Shown: in pieces, positions 60,958 through 64,000 of the stretch
Position numbering within the stretch: position 1 is the stretch's first letter
Layout: each line of letters starts with the position of its first letter
DNA from: Promethearchaeota archaeon
GTDB lineage: Archaea; Asgardarchaeota; Lokiarchaeia; Sigyniarchaeales; SOKP01
NCBI GenBank assembly: GCA_016840085.1
Contig: JAEOTA010000073.1
Coordinates: forward strand, 47,566-111,565
DNA length: 64,000 bases
Reading direction: 5' to 3'
The notes under the pieces: model-generated
Told to the model about the DNA's origin: nothing
Databases searched by the model: none
The model's input: only the letters and a program-made list of their open reading frames with translations
Made by a program: the position numbers and the translations under genes

Positions 60958-63306
60958 TTAAGTTCGACATAATCTTTGTAAAAGAGTGGGATCGATGATT
61001 TCTTTAGATTCCCAACCGTTTTCTTCAAGGTATGCCTTTATTTCATCTTTCATATTAATTGGTATATCTGCGTCGACTCGAACAAATTTTTCTAAATCAT
61101 TTGGAAATTGAACACCTTTATATTTCCGTTCCAAGTCAATCCAATGAGATAATTTGATCATCCCTCCTTTACTATTATCTGCTGGTCTTAAGCATAGCTT
61201 TGCTGCTAAGCAGATAGCTTGTTCAATGCTTTCAGCAGTAGTTAATAAATGTTCTGGACCTGGACCAACTAAATGACCACTAGTACCATCACGTGCATTC
61301 CATACTTTCCAAGTTTCTTCATTATCAGATCTACCTATATACATTCTTCTATATTCTGCTGAATGTGGTCCGCATATTGCTGGAATTCCCATGCCATTAC
61401 AACTACTAGCAATACTTGCCGCTTTTTGGGACATTGCTCCCCACGCAACCCCACAAGCACCTACACGATTAAGAATATAATCAGCGATTTCCTCGTAGTT
61501 TCCTCGTAAGGGTCTTCTTGCAAAAATATTTGCAATTTTTATTGCGGCACCATTTATATGTGGATTGCTTACACAGCTTCCGACATTCACAAGTCCGCCT
61601 CTATCAAAATTACCGGGATATCTATCGTAAAGGGTTTTACCCTCTTCATCTTTCACGAGTCCAATATCCATAGCCCCACAACCAGAAACTACCACGATAT
61701 AATTTCTTTTACAGAATTCTTCTGCCATTAAATATAATTCTTGAATCTCTTTGGCATAATTAGCACATCCGATAATAGCTATAACGCCAGGAATCTCTCC
61801 TAACACTACAGGTGCTCCTACATTTCTTATTTCGACATCTTGAATAGGTCCACGACCCGCTCGCATATTAAATTTCTCATTTCTAATCTTGTCTTGTCCA
61901 GCATACATTATAAGAGTAAGTGGAGATACTTCTTTCATACATTCTGCTTCACATCGTCCACAATCTAAGCATTGATCAAAAGCATCAGCTAATATTGAAA
62001 AATCACCCTCTTTCACCCGATTTACTCCCTCTACTAAGGGTAAATCATTTGGACAATTCCTCTGACAATTACCGCAACCATTACAGTTCATCGCCATATC
62101 AATGCATCCTTCCTCATCAGGAATTGCACTTTTAGCAGCTCTAATTGGTTTAACTTTAATTGCAGTCTCAACAGCTACTTTTCCCGCTTTTATTGGATCT
62201 AAAATCAACACACCATCAGCTTTTCCGCTCACTAAATCATCTATGATTTCTTCAGCAGGATCACCCGTTCTATCTGGCAAGCCCCCCATTATTTTTTCAT
62301 TTGTAGCGATAAATGGAGCATTTACGAGCTTTGCTTGCTCAAAACTCCGTAAATGAACACATTGTTCATCTACCATAACAACATCTGCTAATCCAGAGCG
62401 AATATAAAACATCTGTCGAGCTAGTGAGCCAACAATTTTAGCACCATCAAAATATCTTGTCAAATCTATTGCAGTACAACAAATTGCTCCTACATCTAAT
62501 TTATCTTCATACCCTTTTTCTCTCATATAATCAACTAGTTCGATCCCTGGTGCTACGTTATGTCCAATCATTAAGATCGTGGCTTTATTTTCAGTATCCA
62601 GTGTACCCATTCCTAATTCAATAATAGGGACATCAGCCTCTCCCATAGGAAACCCGTAGGCAGCAATCTGAGCTGCGTCAGATATTTCCATTCCTACAGC
62701 ATCAGCACATCCTGCTAAAAATGCTTTCGCTTCATAATCAAGATAATTAGATTCTTGCCCTGTATGCCCTGAGGCAAGAAGATGTGTAATAGTATAATGT
62801 ACCCATTCCATTGCTGTTTCCAAATCTTCCAAAGTTTCTGGTTTCATTCCAACAATTAATCGTGTACAAGGCATTTCAACCTCTATATTAGTTCCAAAAT
62901 TTATCGGGACATTACCATATTTCTCTTTAAGCCAATGGAGCAGATGATCACCATGAGCACTATGACATGAAGCACCAATACAACAAGCAATTTCCACGAT
63001 TTTTGCGCATGCTGTCTCTAAATTGATTCCACATGCGCCTGTCCTACCCTTGGATAAGTTGCATTTTCCAAATGTACAAAGGCAACACATATCGCAAATT
63101 GGCATATAGAATGGTTTATATCGTTCCATTAACTTAAAAAACCAACTACGCAATGTAGGAATATGGGGCATCATTGTTGGACCAATTGGTTCCCACTCTG
63201 TTTCGTCTCCGTAACTTACTTTACCCGTGGTTAATTCAAATCCCTTGATTGTACCGAGTGGTCCTTTATATTCATCAATTTTAATTTTTGCGCCTTTTTT
63301 ACTCAA
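60958..63306 (-). CDS. cdhA: acetyl-CoA decarbonylase/synthase complex CODH alpha subunit
   Basis: CDMCCLCTFGKC, GHN, AICCTA, DEQC, extra ferredoxin clusters CNGCGNC..CP and CLDCGRC, GCANY, SGC, GSCVSN, RPADN. Confidence 0.96.
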   Translation of the reverse strand: MSKKGAKIKIDEYKGPLGTIKGFELTTGKVSYGDETEWEPIGPTMMPHIPTLRSWFFKLMERYKPFYMPICDMCCLCTFGKCNLSKGRTGACGINLETACAKIVEIACCIGASCHSAHGDHLLHWLKEKYGNVPINFGTNIEVEMPCTRLIVGMKPETLEDLETAMEWVHYTITHLLASGHTGQESNYLDYEAKAFLAGCADAVGMEISDAAQIAAYGFPMGEADVPIIELGMGTLDTENKATILMIGHNVAPGIELVDYMREKGYEDKLDVGAICCTAIDLTRYFDGAKIVGSLARQMFYIRSGLADVVMVDEQCVHLRSFEQAKLVNAPFIATNEKIMGGLPDRTGDPAEEIIDDLVSGKADGVLILDPIKAGKVAVETAIKVKPIRAAKSAIPDEEGCIDMAMNCNGCGNCQRNCPNDLPLVEGVNRVKEGDFSILADAFDQCLDCGRCEAECMKEVSPLTLIMYAGQDKIRNEKFNMRAGRGPIQDVEIRNVGAPVVLGEIPGVIAIIGCANYAKEIQELYLMAEEFCKRNYIVVVSGCGAMDIGLVKDEEGKTLYDRYPGNFDRGGLVNVGSCVSNPHINGAAIKIANIFARRPLRGNYEEIADYILNRVGACGVAWGAMSQKAASIASSCNGMGIPAICGPHSAEYRRMYIGRSDNEETWKVWNARDGTSGHLVGPGPEHLLTTAESIEQAICLAAKLCLRPADNSKGGMIKLSHWIDLERKYKGVQFPNDLEKFVRVDADIPINMKDEIKAYLEENGWESKEIIDPTLLQRLCRT

Positions 63307-63582
63307 TGATTTCTCACTTCAAATTTTATTTTGTATTTTTTAATACGTTAAGATAATAAGTAATTTTATCTTTGAAGGTATTTTAAATTTATTTTAGAGT
63401 ATATTGTTTCTACAAATAAGATATATTAAAAAGTTTAAAAGTTAATGTTTATATTCAAAAACTCAAAACAGAGTATAGGTTAAACAAAAAAAGTGTGAAA
63501 CTTCACACAAGATTAAAATTCTGTATGAAATCTTTTGATTTAAAATTTATAAAAAGATGATAGAAATAGCTAAATAGCATAA

Positions 63583-63999
63583 TTAAAGTGTAGAGAGAAA
63601 TTCAGAAACAGTTTCTTCGGCATCTTCATCAACTAAGCTATCTTCTAACTCTTCACCGATAAAGTTAAATCTATATACACATTTTTGACCACCAAGTAAG
63701 ACACATTCAATTTCCTCACCGTCAACATCCATGTTTAATATTTCAAATGTACCATTAAATAATCCCTGATAAAGTAAACATAAGTTTTTTGCCATTATAT
63801 TTCCACGTTCATCGCTTGCAAGTGAGTCTTCTACTTCAATTATCATATAATTTTTTTTAAAAACTGCCCTTAAATGCCCAAATCCCATAAGCTCCATAGC
63901 TTCAAGCACACCTAAAAGAACTTCTTTTCTTGTAGCCATATTTTCAGAGCTCCAATCTTTATTATAAAAGAATTTTTCCATAAACGACCGTCCTAATGA
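63583..63999 (-). CDS. V4R-domain protein (partial; frame stays open to the window end)
   Basis: MGFG, CLLYQGLFNGTF, EIECVLLGGQKCVY; upstream codons SLGRSF are in frame with no stop. Confidence 0.8.
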   Translation of the reverse strand, partial: SLGRSFMEKFFYNKDWSSENMATRKEVLLGVLEAMELMGFGHLRAVFKKNYMIIEVEDSLASDERGNIMAKNLCLLYQGLFNGTFEILNMDVDGEEIECVLLGGQKCVYRFNFIGEELEDSLVDEDAEETVSEFLSTL

Positions 64000-64000
64000 C

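Noticed and set aside
3329-62356. Many short ORFs antisense to or nested in longer genes (e.g. 3329-3643, 11193-11648, 13321-13800, 55606-56184, 57492-57767, 58619-58930)
   Set aside because: Shadow frames of well-supported genes, with no motifs of their own.
1-64000. tRNA/rRNA genes, IS elements, integrases, CRISPR arrays
   Set aside because: No GC-rich cloverleaf or rRNA-like segments, transposase motifs or repeat-spacer arrays were recognised by eye.

Overview
AT-rich chromosomal window that looks like an Asgard archaeon, most likely Lokiarchaeia (inference). The evidence is archaeal GGTGA-type Shine-Dalgarno sites, archaeal CdhA, MtrH-like and AOR genes, and many eukaryotic-signature-like proteins: a Rab-like GTPase, an Arf-like GTPase fused to a roadblock-like domain, longin-like domains, a gelsolin domain, a GOLPH3 family protein, an alpha-SNAP-like TPR protein and a vWA-RING protein. 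Metabolic content includes a cooF-cooS-FAD/NAD oxidoreductase operon, a stand-alone cdhA, a sulfate-ester utilisation cluster, a GH57/maltokinase pair, a B12 radical SAM enzyme and three tandem ICMT/PEMT-type methyltransferases. The most interesting candidates are four. (1) A 54-60.4 kb block holds an alpha-SNAP-like protein, a TFIIH-p44/Ssl1-like vWA protein with two RING-like fingers, an HhH-Arf-roadblock GTPase and an LRR protein. (2) A duplicated 'YDxLCWxxAE' module occurs both fused to gelsolin and as a stand-alone protein. (3) There is a Cwh43/PGAP2IP-like membrane EEP enzyme. (4) There are longin-like domains, one in a receptor-like membrane protein and one in a Cys-rich soluble protein. 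Non-coding signals include a 124-bp tandem duplication with a conserved dyad, paired TTGTAAT operators next to a ribbon-helix-helix gene, a 29-nt coding-sequence duplicate in front of the maltokinase start, and several gene remnants. I recognised no rRNA, tRNA, CRISPR array or transposase. All family assignments are by eye from motifs; no database searches were run.
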